Shown here piece by piece: positions 1 to 9,279 of a stretch of 28,587 nt of DNA. Each line of letters starts with the position of its first letter. Positions within the stretch are counted from its first letter, which is position 1. The translations under genes and the position numbers were made by a program. This DNA comes from an uncultured Bacteriovoracaceae bacterium (lineage in GTDB: Bacteria; Bdellovibrionota; Bacteriovoracia; Bacteriovoracales; Bacteriovoracaceae): positions 1 to 28,587 of the forward strand of contig CAXGUD010000045.1 in the NCBI GenBank assembly GCA_964012805.1. Reading direction: 5' to 3'. Under the pieces are notes generated by a model. It saw nothing but the letters and a program-made list of their open reading frames with translations. It was not told the DNA's origin and did no database searches.

Positions 1-2
1 TA

Positions 3-443
3 CCAAAATCTATTACTTTTGGAGTTTTCGCAAAATCAGGTTCTCCAAAAGTCAAAGATATCAAAGATATTTTAAAGAAAAGAATCGCTGTTGTTAATAA
101 AGATGTTGGACATGATGTTATGCTAGGTAATGCCAAAGAATTAAATGTAAAGGCCAACTTGGTTTTGGCCAATTCAAAAGAACAGATGATTAAACTTTTA
201 AAAACCGGTAAGGTTGATTATCTCACTTTTGAAGTTGCCGGAGTTCGTTACAAAATTAAACAAATGGGTTTAGAACAACAAAACTACTCGGTTGTTCACA
301 CTCTCTTTGTACTTCCTTCTTTTTACGCATTTAATAAGTCAATCGGAGACAACGATATTAAAAAGATACAAAATGCTTTTGAAGAAGTCCAAAAAGATAA
401 AAGTTTTATGGATCGGCTGACACAAAAATATTTTCCTCGTTAA
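3..443 (+). CDS. Extracellular solute-binding protein (family 3-like), 5'-truncated by the window edge
   Basis: The frame of ORF 120..443 stays open back to position 3 (PKSITFGVFAKSGSPKVKDIKDILKKRIAVVNKDVGH...). The 'KLLKTGKVD' and 'YAFNKS...IQNAFEEVQ' patterns resemble the C-terminal half of polar amino-acid binding proteins. Confidence 0.7.
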   Translation, partial: PKSITFGVFAKSGSPKVKDIKDILKKRIAVVNKDVGHDVMLGNAKELNVKANLVLANSKEQMIKLLKTGKVDYLTFEVAGVRYKIKQMGLEQQNYSVVHTLFVLPSFYAFNKSIGDNDIKKIQNAFEEVQKDKSFMDRLTQKYFPR

Positions 444-451
444 AAAAAATA

Positions 452-488
452 AGGAGAAGGATCTTCATTTGTAGGTCCTTTTTCTCCT
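452..488. terminator. Imperfect hairpin between convergent genes, possible terminator
   Basis: AGGAGAAGGATCT...AGGTCCTTTTTCTCCT can pair, and it lies just after the stop at 443. Confidence 0.35.
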
Positions 489-543
489 CTAAGGTAATCT
501 AAAAATACACCCATTTTCCTTTGTAGCAATAGCAAAAAAAGGG

Positions 544-1716
544 TTAAATGGTTTTATTGCTTTTTGCTTTGGTAAAACCAACCATAGCACTAAGTCCACA
601 AAGAATGGGTCCCCAAAGTATATCAAGAAGGGCCATTTCTAAAGGCCAGTTTTTGATAAGGGCCAGGTTTGTAAATTCGTAAATAGTGTACATGAAAAGC
701 CCAAATAGAGCGCCTTTAAAAAAGGCCATACTTCTTGTTTTTGATCCTGAGCATGCAAAATAAGAAATCCCTAAAGGAATAAAAAAGTAAACAAACCCAG
801 CGGCCCAATAAAGGGTGTCAAAACTTAAATTCCCATTTGTCTCAATAATCCGGGCGACCTTTTTGGCTTGTGTTACATAGAACTGATTAAATAGATTCCC
901 TAACCAGATCATATCGAGGATGAGAACGCTTATAACAACTTTAAAAAATGAAAAAAGACCACCCATCTTAAAAGGAAGAAAGCTTGGAGTTGTTTTTACA
1001 TAATCTTCAAATGCCTGGCCTTTCTTTTTTAAAACTTTTTCAAGCATAGACACCCCAGAAACTTTAATGAGCAAAAATGTCATGAGGATCGGTGAAATAA
1101 TCGTCCAGCTGTTTTCGATATTTGAAATTGAAAAGAAGAAGACACCCCACCATATTAGCGATTCTCCAAAATAATTAGGGTGCCGTGTAAGGGCCCATAC
1201 CCCAGTTGAAAGTACCTTTCCTTTATTTTCGGGATTCTTTTTAAACTGAGCTAATTGAATGTCCGCCGTTACCTCAAAAACGAAACCAATGATAAAAAGA
1301 CTTAGGCCTAAAAAGTCTAAAGGTCCAATTGCCTGGTAATTTCGAACCGCCATAGGAAGCGTAAGGCTAACTGCCACTAGTAAAAGACCTTGCAAAACAA
1401 AAACTCTCAAAAAAGCATCTACCGGTTCATTTTTCCATCCTTTCTTCATGTGGACGTAACGAATATCTTCTGGTTTTCCAACGTTTCTGAAGAAAAGGTA
1501 AAAGCTTAACCGTAATGACCATAACGCGACAAGAGAGGTGAGTATGGCGCCTCTAAAATGAAATTTTTCAAAACTTAAAAGGGTCACGGCAAGAAAGCCG
1601 AGTCCCCAAAAGGTATCAGCAATATCATTTCTTTTCAAAACTCGGCTTGATAGGAAACCTAAAATGACAAAAGTTGGAAAAAAGAAAAGGTAAACTTCAC
1701 CTAGGCTTAAATTCAA
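544..1716 (-). CDS. DUF1295 (steroid 5-alpha-reductase-like) membrane protein fused to a C-terminal DUF2177-like domain
   Basis: The N-part has 'IADTFWG', 'EDIRY', 'ADIQLAQFK', 'TRHPNYFGE' and 'LLIKVSGVSMLE' (DUF1295). The C-part has 'LDMIWLG...Y', 'GALFGLFMYTIYEFTNLALIKNWP...DILWG' (DUF2177). TTG start with AGGAGG upstream. Confidence 0.8.
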   Translation of the reverse strand: MNLSLGEVYLFFFPTFVILGFLSSRVLKRNDIADTFWGLGFLAVTLLSFEKFHFRGAILTSLVALWSLRLSFYLFFRNVGKPEDIRYVHMKKGWKNEPVDAFLRVFVLQGLLLVAVSLTLPMAVRNYQAIGPLDFLGLSLFIIGFVFEVTADIQLAQFKKNPENKGKVLSTGVWALTRHPNYFGESLIWWGVFFFSISNIENSWTIISPILMTFLLIKVSGVSMLEKVLKKKGQAFEDYVKTTPSFLPFKMGGLFSFFKVVISVLILDMIWLGNLFNQFYVTQAKKVARIIETNGNLSFDTLYWAAGFVYFFIPLGISYFACSGSKTRSMAFFKGALFGLFMYTIYEFTNLALIKNWPLEMALLDILWGPILCGLSAMVGFTKAKSNKTI

Positions 1717-1867
1717 GGGAATCCTCCTGACTAAATGTGTATAAAGGGATCCTAAAATAAAAGTTGGAAAGGTTCAACTGATTATGTGTATAGTATTTGT
1801 CTACTTGTTCTTTATCCCTCAATCAAGTTAATTTATTGAAAAACAAACCATTAACAAAGGAAAAACA

Positions 1868-2425
1868 ATGCACTTAAAAAAGCTTTTTACTGCGGTACTC
1901 CTGTTGTCTACATTATTATCAGGTAACCTCTTTTCCGCTGAGGAAACACCAGACTACAAGCAAATTCTAAAAGAAGGAGCTTATGAGATAAGAGATTACC
2001 CACCAATCCTAGTAGCTCAGGCAACTGGCGGAAACCTTTTTAGAACAATTGCTGACTATATTTTTGGAAATAACAGCAGAAACGAAGAAATCCCAATGAC
2101 AGCTCCAGTTTTCTCACAGACGAAAGATAACAACACAACGATGATGTTTTATATGCCATCATATTTCACTTCTTTACAAGAGCTTCCAAAGCCAAATAAC
2201 AGAAGAGTAAAGCTTGGTGTCTTTGAATTAGGGAAAGTTGTTGTGGCGCGTTTTTCTGGATACAACAATTATGAAAAACAACAGCAAGTTTTAAAGAAGC
2301 TCGTTAGATGGGCCAAAGATAAAAAATTACAATTCCGTGAAGATAACTACTTTTCAGCAGGTTATGATTCTCCTTGGGTTCCTGCGAACCAAAGAACAAA
2401 TGAAGTTCTAATAAGAATTAAATAA
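1868..2425 (+). CDS. SOUL heme-binding family protein with N-terminal signal peptide
   Basis: 'ETPDY', 'YEIRDYP', 'FRTIADYIFGNN', 'IPMTAPV', 'AGYDSPW...RTNEV' motifs; hydrophobic signal-like N-terminus. Confidence 0.9.
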   Translation: MHLKKLFTAVLLLSTLLSGNLFSAEETPDYKQILKEGAYEIRDYPPILVAQATGGNLFRTIADYIFGNNSRNEEIPMTAPVFSQTKDNNTTMMFYMPSYFTSLQELPKPNNRRVKLGVFELGKVVVARFSGYNNYEKQQQVLKKLVRWAKDKKLQFREDNYFSAGYDSPWVPANQRTNEVLIRIK

Positions 2426-2528
2426 TTATTTTTTAATAAAAGATTAAACCCCCTTCGACTCTTGTCTTACTGTAATTGTGGCCAATTAAAGACTTTAAGG
2501 GTCTAGGGGGATATTACTTCAGTAGAAG

Positions 2529-3338
2529 TTACTTCTTTAACATCCACTCGTGTTTAGGGTCATTAGCAAAATGCCAAACTCTCTTTGGTCCGGCCATCGT
2601 ATTTAAATAATAAAGATCGTATCCGTGGGGGGCCCCCACAGGATGGTATCCTTTAGGAACCAAAACAACATCACCATCATAAACGGCCATTGTTTCATCG
2701 AGGTCAAAATCATCTGTATAAACTCTCTGAAAGGCAAAGCCCTGATTGGGATTGAGGCGGTGGTAGTAAGTTTCTTCAAGCTGTGATTCAACGGGAATTT
2801 TTGAGCTATCGTGTTTGTGAGGAGGGTAACTAGACCAGTTACCCCCTGGCGTATAGACTTCAACAACAAGGAGGTTATCAGCAGGTTCTGTTTCAGGCAA
2901 GATATTGTGGATATAGCGGGTGTTTGTTCCTTCACCCCTTGTTTCTGTACTCATATGTTCTGGAAGAATAAGCCTTGCCTTATGCTTACCAAGCCCTGGA
3001 GCAAGGCTTAAAGCAATTTCGATATCCGTCTTTGCGGTAATAGTTAAATGATCATCATTTGGTAAATAGGCCGCAAAAGGGGGAATCCTTTCAAATATGC
3101 TTTTTCTTTTACCCAAATCTTTCCAAGTTTCATTATTGGATGAAATGTCTGCGTGTCCACTTAGAAGAGTCACGCAAATTTCTTGAGTTCCAGTTGGTCT
3201 TTTTAAAATATCTCCCTTTTTAAGATGATAAGTTTCAAAGCCCACATATTTCCATCCTGCTGACTCAGGAGAAATTTTTTGTTTTGGTCCTATTCCTTGA
3301 AGGTGAGATGGTTTGATAAGAAGCTTCGCCATAGGCAT
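2529..3338 (-). CDS. iolB: 5-deoxy-glucuronate isomerase
   Basis: 'AGWKYVGF', 'EVYTPGGNWSSYPPHKHD', 'LEETYYHR', 'VPKGYHP' KduI/IolB motifs. Confidence 0.93.
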   Translation of the reverse strand: MPMAKLLIKPSHLQGIGPKQKISPESAGWKYVGFETYHLKKGDILKRPTGTQEICVTLLSGHADISSNNETWKDLGKRKSIFERIPPFAAYLPNDDHLTITAKTDIEIALSLAPGLGKHKARLILPEHMSTETRGEGTNTRYIHNILPETEPADNLLVVEVYTPGGNWSSYPPHKHDSSKIPVESQLEETYYHRLNPNQGFAFQRVYTDDFDLDETMAVYDGDVVLVPKGYHPVGAPHGYDLYYLNTMAGPKRVWHFANDPKHEWMLKK

Positions 3339-3370
3339 CCTTAAATGATGTAGTAAATTTTATTATAAAC

Positions 3371-4141
3371 CTAATCTTCGAGGTTTTCTAATTCTTGTCC
3401 TCCAGACATAAGCTCTATAATATCGGCTTTTGACTTTTCTTCCTTTTTAAAAGTCCCCATACTTTTCCCTAAATTGAGAACTGTAAAAGTATCGGCCACG
3501 GCATAGGCATGAGCGGGGTTATGGGTAATGAAAATAACTGATATTCCTCGCTTCTTTGCTCTCAGAATGAGCTTTAAAACAATGCTAGATTGTTTAACAC
3601 CTAAAGCTGCTGTTGGTTCATCTAAAATGAGGACTCTTGCCCCAAAATACATGGCCCTGGCAATAGCAAGGCATTGCCTTTCACCCCCTGAAAGGGTTCC
3701 AACGGCTTGACCAGGGTCTCTTATATTAATGCCAACTTCCGCCATTTTTTCTTTTGAAAGTTGATAGGCCAGCTTTTGGTCAAAAAGAGAAATGGGCCCA
3801 AATTTTTTTATTGGCTCTCTTCCCATGAAAAAGTTTCTGGCAATACTCATGAGGGGGACGAGGGCCAAATCTTGATAAACAGTTGCAATACCTCTATCCA
3901 AAGCATCCCTTGGCGAGCCAAACCTAACAGGCTTTTGATCTACGAGGTATTCACCAATATCCTGGTTATGAACGCCTGATAAAATTTTAATAAGCGTAGA
4001 TTTGCCAGCTCCATTATCACCGAGGAGAGCATGGACTTCACCTTTTTTAACTCCAAAGTTTATATCTTTAAGGGCAATAACTGTCCCAAAAAACTTACTT
4101 ACGTTATTAATTGAAATAATATTGTTGTTATCTTCACTCAT
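3371..4141 (-). CDS. Sugar ABC transporter ATP-binding protein (single nucleotide-binding domain)
   Basis: Walker A GDNGAGKS, signature LSGGERQ, Walker B ILDEPT, H-loop ITHN. Confidence 0.93.
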   Translation of the reverse strand: MSEDNNNIISINNVSKFFGTVIALKDINFGVKKGEVHALLGDNGAGKSTLIKILSGVHNQDIGEYLVDQKPVRFGSPRDALDRGIATVYQDLALVPLMSIARNFFMGREPIKKFGPISLFDQKLAYQLSKEKMAEVGINIRDPGQAVGTLSGGERQCLAIARAMYFGARVLILDEPTAALGVKQSSIVLKLILRAKKRGISVIFITHNPAHAYAVADTFTVLNLGKSMGTFKKEEKSKADIIELMSGGQELENLED

Positions 4142-4153
4142 AGAGAAAACCTT

Positions 4154-5260
4154 TTACTTTTTCTCAGTTACTTTTCTTCTTATATAGTTATTAAAAATAA
4201 CGGCAATCAAAAGCATAAGGCCTAAAAAGACCCTAAACCAATTGGAATCAATATCTGTATAAAAAATACCCTGAACCACTACACCAAAAATAAGGGCTCC
4301 AAAACAAGCACCTACGACGCTTCCATAACCGCCTGTTAGGAGCGTTCCTCCAATGACAGCAGCAATTATGGCCTCAAACTCTTTAAGAAGTCCCCTGTCA
4401 GCAGCGGCACTTCCAATATCCATAACCTGGCATATTCCAAAAACAGCAGCACAAAAAGCGCTAAACATAAAAAGGAGGATTTTAACCCTATTAACGGGAA
4501 CTCCAACATTTTTGGCCGCTTCGGCATCTCCCCCCGAAGCAAATATCCAGTTTCCAAAACGTGTTTTAAGAAGGACAAAGCTCATGACTATGCCTAAGCC
4601 TACCCACCAAAGGCAAATAACGGGTATACCCGTGACAAGAGGGTCTCCTTCATTGGTCGCAATAATATCCATTTTCCCTAACCATTTAAAAAGGTCTTGG
4701 CCAACTTCAGCTTGGAAAATAGGGGCAAGCCAATCTCCTTTGGCAAGGTCACCAACACCACTAATGATGGTTCTGTTAGTTGATATAATTGAAAATGTTA
4801 AACAAAGCCCTCTTAGGATATAAAGGAATGCCAGAGTTACAATAAAAGATGGTAGTTTAGTTCTCACAACGATTAAGCCATTTACAAAACCTAAGCTCAC
4901 TGCAACCGAAATAGAAAACATAATGCTTGCATACATTGGCCACCCCCAATACTTAGTGGGGATTGCGACCATCATACCTGCAAAACCAATCATGGAGCCA
5001 ATTGAAAGGTCAAATTCGCCTGCTATCATTAGAGTACAGGCACTGATGGCAATCACTCCTAAATAGGAAGAAACAATAATCCATGTCATGGCGCCGTCTG
5101 ATGCAAACATACCGCTGTCACCAGCAAAAATAATGAAAATGGTAAAAGTCAGAAGGACACCAGCGAAGGAACCAAACTCAGGTTTACTTAAAAACCTTTG
5201 AAGCCAGGAAATTTTTCTTAATCTTTCATTTGGGCTTTCAGATTCTTCTACTTCTTTCAT
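4154..5260 (-). CDS. Sugar ABC transporter permease (RbsC/BPD_transp_2 type), likely for inositol
   Basis: 'GEFDLSIGS', 'PSFIVTL', 'GGDAEAAKNVGVPV', 'IAAVIGGTLLTGGYGS'; multiple transmembrane segments; iol gene context. Confidence 0.9.
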   Translation of the reverse strand: MKEVEESESPNERLRKISWLQRFLSKPEFGSFAGVLLTFTIFIIFAGDSGMFASDGAMTWIIVSSYLGVIAISACTLMIAGEFDLSIGSMIGFAGMMVAIPTKYWGWPMYASIMFSISVAVSLGFVNGLIVVRTKLPSFIVTLAFLYILRGLCLTFSIISTNRTIISGVGDLAKGDWLAPIFQAEVGQDLFKWLGKMDIIATNEGDPLVTGIPVICLWWVGLGIVMSFVLLKTRFGNWIFASGGDAEAAKNVGVPVNRVKILLFMFSAFCAAVFGICQVMDIGSAAADRGLLKEFEAIIAAVIGGTLLTGGYGSVVGACFGALIFGVVVQGIFYTDIDSNWFRVFLGLMLLIAVIFNNYIRRKVTEKK

Positions 5261-5289
5261 GATTACAGTCCGCTTTAAGAATCAGAAAT

Positions 5290-5318
5290 AAAAAAGGGGC
5301 CTCAAAAGTTGAAGCCCC
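5290..5318 (-). terminator. Intrinsic terminator-like hairpin between the binding-protein and permease genes
   Basis: Minus strand reads GGGGCTTCAA-CTT-TTGAGGCCCC followed by TTTTTT. Confidence 0.75.
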
Positions 5319-5336
5319 CATCGAACTTATATCAGT

Positions 5337-6314
5337 TTAACGGTATTCGCCTGCGAATTTTTCAACCAATCCAATATTGTCTTTTGTTACAAAACCAGGC
5401 CCAGAGTTAATATTATTCCCTGGCTGTACCCCGTATCTGTTTCTTAAGACAAGAACTGAAATGGGCATATATCCTTGAAGATAGGGTTGTTGATCAATGG
5501 CCCACTTAATAACGCCACTTTTTAGACCCTTAATGATTTCACCACTTAGGTCAAATGTACCAAAGTAAATTTTCCCAGACTTTTTCATTTTGTCTAAAGC
5601 TTTTAAAGTTGGGTGAGCACTAGTAGGTCCTAAAGTAAGGATCGCTTGAGTGTCAGGATTTTTCTTAAGGTAAGCTGTTACTTTTTGCTGGATACCTGTT
5701 GGGTCTTGCCCTGAATCGATCATTTGACCGCCGAGCTTAACACCTAAAGCGTCAGCAAAACCTTGACATCTTTCAACAGATGCAGGGTTTGTCATATAGT
5801 GGTTAACGCAAAGGAAGCTTTTGATTCCAGCATCTTTTGCCTTCATACCAGCACCCTTACCGGCGTCGTATTCTGGTTGACCAACGTGCATAATGGCCCC
5901 TAACTGACGACTTTGTGCTTGAGTACCAGAGTTAATGGTGACAAAAGGAATTCCTTTTTTCTTCACTTTTCCTATTGCCCCTTTTAGAACGTCATAGTCA
6001 GCAATTGTTGTGACAATCCCTTTATAATTTTTAGCAGCAGCTTGTTCGATAAGTCTTGCCATGTCGGCAAGGTCACCCGTTGGTGGGTTTCTATAGTCAA
6101 CTTGAACTTTATAATCCTTAGCTGCATCTTTAAGTGCATTCTTAATGGTATTCCACCAAGAGTCTGAATCAGGAGCGTGACTGATAAGGACATACTTGTC
6201 TACATCTTTATGCCCTTTCTTGTGTTTTGCTTCACCGTCGAAAGAACTCAATGCTAATGGCAGAGCAATTAAGGCAATGAGTGCTAATCTAGGTAATCTT
6301 TTAAGTAAGTTCAT
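5337..6314 (-). CDS. Sugar ABC transporter substrate-binding protein (RbsB-like), likely inositol-binding
   Basis: Signal peptide, 'SHAPDSDSWW', 'HVGQPEYDAG', 'TFDLS', 'AIDQQPYLQGY'; AGGAGG RBS upstream. Confidence 0.88.
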   Translation of the reverse strand: MNLLKRLPRLALIALIALPLALSSFDGEAKHKKGHKDVDKYVLISHAPDSDSWWNTIKNALKDAAKDYKVQVDYRNPPTGDLADMARLIEQAAAKNYKGIVTTIADYDVLKGAIGKVKKKGIPFVTINSGTQAQSRQLGAIMHVGQPEYDAGKGAGMKAKDAGIKSFLCVNHYMTNPASVERCQGFADALGVKLGGQMIDSGQDPTGIQQKVTAYLKKNPDTQAILTLGPTSAHPTLKALDKMKKSGKIYFGTFDLSGEIIKGLKSGVIKWAIDQQPYLQGYMPISVLVLRNRYGVQPGNNINSGPGFVTKDNIGLVEKFAGEYR

Positions 6315-6477
6315 AGGCTTCCTCCTTTATAAATAAAAAAGCCAAAGGTTAATAAAATCATATTATTTGATTACGAAATTCTATCATAGAAAAAAAAGAG
6401 AGAAGAAAAAAGGTTATGATTCCTCAAGTTTGAAAGGGCAAAAACACCCTTTGTTTAAAACTTGATACTCTTAATCA

Positions 6478-6519
6478 GGAATATGAAATATTCTTAATAT
6501 ATTTAAAAAAAGAATATTT
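6478..6519. promoter_or_regulatory. Palindromic candidate operator(s) in the divergent iol promoter region
   Basis: GAATAT-gaa-ATATTC at 6479-6493 overlaps a 10-bp inverted repeat AAATATTCTT(6486-6495)...AAGAATATTT(6510-6519). Confidence 0.4.
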
Positions 6520-6645
6520 AAATAAAGTGGCCAGTGTTTAAATTTGTGGCCGCTTAGCCTGACTTTCTTGTCACCATTTTTAATGAAAAATTATGCTATG
6601 ATGACCATGCAAAACAGTTAGGTTTAACTTTAGGAAGTCTTCCAA

Positions 6646-7599
6646 ATGAAAGAAAAAAAATCTTTCGACTTTATCTGTCTAGGCCGGGCCGGAGTTGATC
6701 TTTATGCCTTAGAACCACACCTTGACTTTGCTGATGTGAAACATTTTAGAAAGTCTGTTGGAGGCTCTCCAGCTAATATAGCAGTCGCTTTAAGTACTTT
6801 GGGCGCTAGGGTCGGATTCATTGGAAAGGTAAGCGACGACCCTTTTGGTCTTTATGTAAAACTGTTTTTAGAGGAAAAAGGGGTGAATACGGAAGGTCTT
6901 CATATTGATCAGTCTGGTTCGAAAACCTCTCTTGCTATAACAGAAATGAAGCCTAGCGATTGTGGGGTCCTTTTTTATAGAGAACGACCTAGTGATTTAG
7001 AGTTGTTACCTTCTGATATTGATGAAGCCTATTTAATGAGCTCAAAAGGTGTGCTCTTAAGTGGTACGGCTTTTTCTAGAAACCCCAGCCGAGAATCTTG
7101 TTTCAAGGTCCTGGAAATGGCAAAGGGAAAAATTAAAGTTGTTTTTGACTTAGATTATAGGGTAAGTGCTTGGAATAAGGTTGAAGAAGCAGCTTCGATG
7201 TATAAAGAGGCATGCCTTAAATCTGATATAATAATTGGAAATACAGAGGAATTAAGCCTCCTTGGAAAAGGGGACATTGAAAAAAATATCAAAAACTTAA
7301 TTGATAATGGTGTTGAGATTGTCATTCACAAGAAGGCAAATGGTGGGAGTGACCTTTACTCGAATGAGGGTGAAGTTTTAAAGGCAAAGGCTTTTAAGGT
7401 TAAAGCTCAAAAACCTTTTGGGGCGGGGGATGCTTTTGCTGGGGCTTTTCTCTACTCAATGATGAAAGAGAACACTCTTGAAAAATGTCTACTCTGGGGA
7501 AATGCAGCTGGTGCTTTTAATGTTTTAGGAAATACCTGTAGTGAATCAATGCCTACAGAAAAAGAGTTAATGAAATTTATCAGGGACTATGGAGAGTAA
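6646..7599 (+). CDS. iolC: 5-dehydro-2-deoxygluconokinase (PfkB family), stand-alone copy
   Basis: 'GRAGVDLY', 'GGSPANIA', 'FDLDYR...W', 'FGAGDAFAG'. Confidence 0.85.
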   Translation: MKEKKSFDFICLGRAGVDLYALEPHLDFADVKHFRKSVGGSPANIAVALSTLGARVGFIGKVSDDPFGLYVKLFLEEKGVNTEGLHIDQSGSKTSLAITEMKPSDCGVLFYRERPSDLELLPSDIDEAYLMSSKGVLLSGTAFSRNPSRESCFKVLEMAKGKIKVVFDLDYRVSAWNKVEEAASMYKEACLKSDIIIGNTEELSLLGKGDIEKNIKNLIDNGVEIVIHKKANGGSDLYSNEGEVLKAKAFKVKAQKPFGAGDAFAGAFLYSMMKENTLEKCLLWGNAAGAFNVLGNTCSESMPTEKELMKFIRDYGE

Positions 7600-7601
7600 A
7601 A

Positions 7602-8447
7602 ATGGGAAAGCACATTGAGCCCTTTGACAATAAAAATAAGGCCATTATTGGTGAAGATAATGGGATCGTCCCACTTTGCTACTTTAATAATGTTCATTTA
7701 ACGAAAGGTGAAACCTTCGAGTACTCTCTTCAAAACTATGAAACGGCCATTGTTATGGCCTGTGGAACATGCCATATAAAGGTAGATGACCATGATTTTG
7801 ATAATATAGGTAAAAGGACCTCTGTTTTTGATGGAGATCCGGCGTCTGTTTATGCTCCTGTAGGTTCACTTGTAAGAATAAAGTGTTTAAGTGATAAGGC
7901 TGATATTTTAATTGGTGGAGGAAGGTTTGATAAAAAGCTAGAACCTTTTTGTGTGCGGGAAAGTGATGTAGACCATATTCAGTACGGTAGTGATGAGACT
8001 AAAACTCACAGAAAAATTAAACATATTTTGGGCCAAAAAAATTTAAAAGGAAGAGGAAGACTTCTTGTCAGCGAACTCTTCACAGTTGGTGCTGGTGGTT
8101 GGTCAGGCTTTCCTCCTCATAAGCATGATGTGGAAAACCCTCCTTCTGAAACTAGATTTCAAGAAGTTTATCAATTCCGCTTTAATCCGGGACATGGTTT
8201 TGGGGCCCAGTTCCTCTATGAAAAACCAGAAGATTATGGGCCTGTTTACCATGTTAGAACGGGAAGTGTGATTGCTATTGATAAAGGCTATCATCCATCA
8301 GTAGCAGCTCCCGGGTATGAGATGTATTACTTCACAATTATTTGCGGTGAGGTCAATCAATCTTTAAAAATGTTTTTTGACCCAAATCATGAGTATCAAG
8401 TTCATACCATCCCAGGCATTAAGGATATGGTGGGTAAGTTTAAATGA
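7602..8447 (+). CDS. iolB: IolB/KduI-family isomerase, second divergent copy
   Basis: 'GGWSGFPPHKHD', 'FQEVYQFRFNP', 'KGYHP...APGYEMYY'. Confidence 0.82.
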   Translation: MGKHIEPFDNKNKAIIGEDNGIVPLCYFNNVHLTKGETFEYSLQNYETAIVMACGTCHIKVDDHDFDNIGKRTSVFDGDPASVYAPVGSLVRIKCLSDKADILIGGGRFDKKLEPFCVRESDVDHIQYGSDETKTHRKIKHILGQKNLKGRGRLLVSELFTVGAGGWSGFPPHKHDVENPPSETRFQEVYQFRFNPGHGFGAQFLYEKPEDYGPVYHVRTGSVIAIDKGYHPSVAAPGYEMYYFTIICGEVNQSLKMFFDPNHEYQVHTIPGIKDMVGKFK

Positions 8448-9268
8448 TTAAAGATCTGAAAGTCGTTTTAAAAGAGCTGAAGGGGAGTGCTCTTTGCTGT
8501 TTTAATGTCTTTGGTATTGAAGATGCCAAAGCTGTAATCGAGGCGGCTGAAGAAACAGGAAAACCTGTTGCCCTTTCGTGCAATAAAACAATCGTTGATT
8601 ATATGGGGATAAAAGAAGCAGGCCTTCTTTTTTCTACCATGGCCCAAAAGTCAAAGGCTTCCGTTGTTGTTCACTTAGACCATACTTACGAAGAAGTCCA
8701 AATTGAAAAGGCCCTTGATTGCGGTTATTCTTCTTTTATGTTTGATGGGTCTCAATTGCCTTTAAAAGAAAATATAAAAAGAACTAAAAGAATGGCGGAC
8801 CTTGTTCATCAGAAAGGGTGGAGCCTTGAAGGGGAAATAGGATCTGTTCCTTATCAAGAGGGAAGGGATCATATTAAGTCTCTTTTAAGTGACCCTGAGG
8901 AAGTGGCCATTTTTGAAAAAGAAGCAGGAGTAGACGCTCTTGCCATTTCAATTGGTAATATTCATAGAATGAGCAAAGGTCACTGTGAAATTAATTTTAA
9001 GCGTTTTCAAGAAATAAAAGACAGAGTAAATGGAACACCCCTAGTGATCCACGGAACAACAGGGATTAAAGAAGACGACCTTATTCGATTGAAAGAAGAG
9101 GGAATTTCCAAATTTAACATTGGGACAGACCTAAGGAAGGCCTTTGGTGAGAGCCTAAGGAGTCTAATGAGTGAGTACCCAAATGAGTATGACAGGATTT
9201 TTTTACTTGAAAAAACGATTCCTTTTATTAAAGACGCGGCCCTCCGCTATTTAAAGATTTTAGGCTGA
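8444..9268 (+). CDS. Class II (metal-dependent) fructose-bisphosphate aldolase family protein, probable IolJ-type 6-phospho-5-dehydro-2-deoxygluconate aldolase
   Basis: 'VHLDH', 'MFDGSQLP', 'EGEIG', 'AISIGNIH', 'LVIHG', 'KFNIGTD'; ATGA overlap with the upstream gene. Confidence 0.85.
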   Translation: MIKDLKVVLKELKGSALCCFNVFGIEDAKAVIEAAEETGKPVALSCNKTIVDYMGIKEAGLLFSTMAQKSKASVVVHLDHTYEEVQIEKALDCGYSSFMFDGSQLPLKENIKRTKRMADLVHQKGWSLEGEIGSVPYQEGRDHIKSLLSDPEEVAIFEKEAGVDALAISIGNIHRMSKGHCEINFKRFQEIKDRVNGTPLVIHGTTGIKEDDLIRLKEEGISKFNIGTDLRKAFGESLRSLMSEYPNEYDRIFLLEKTIPFIKDAALRYLKILG

Positions 9269-9279
9269 GGTTTAAATTC

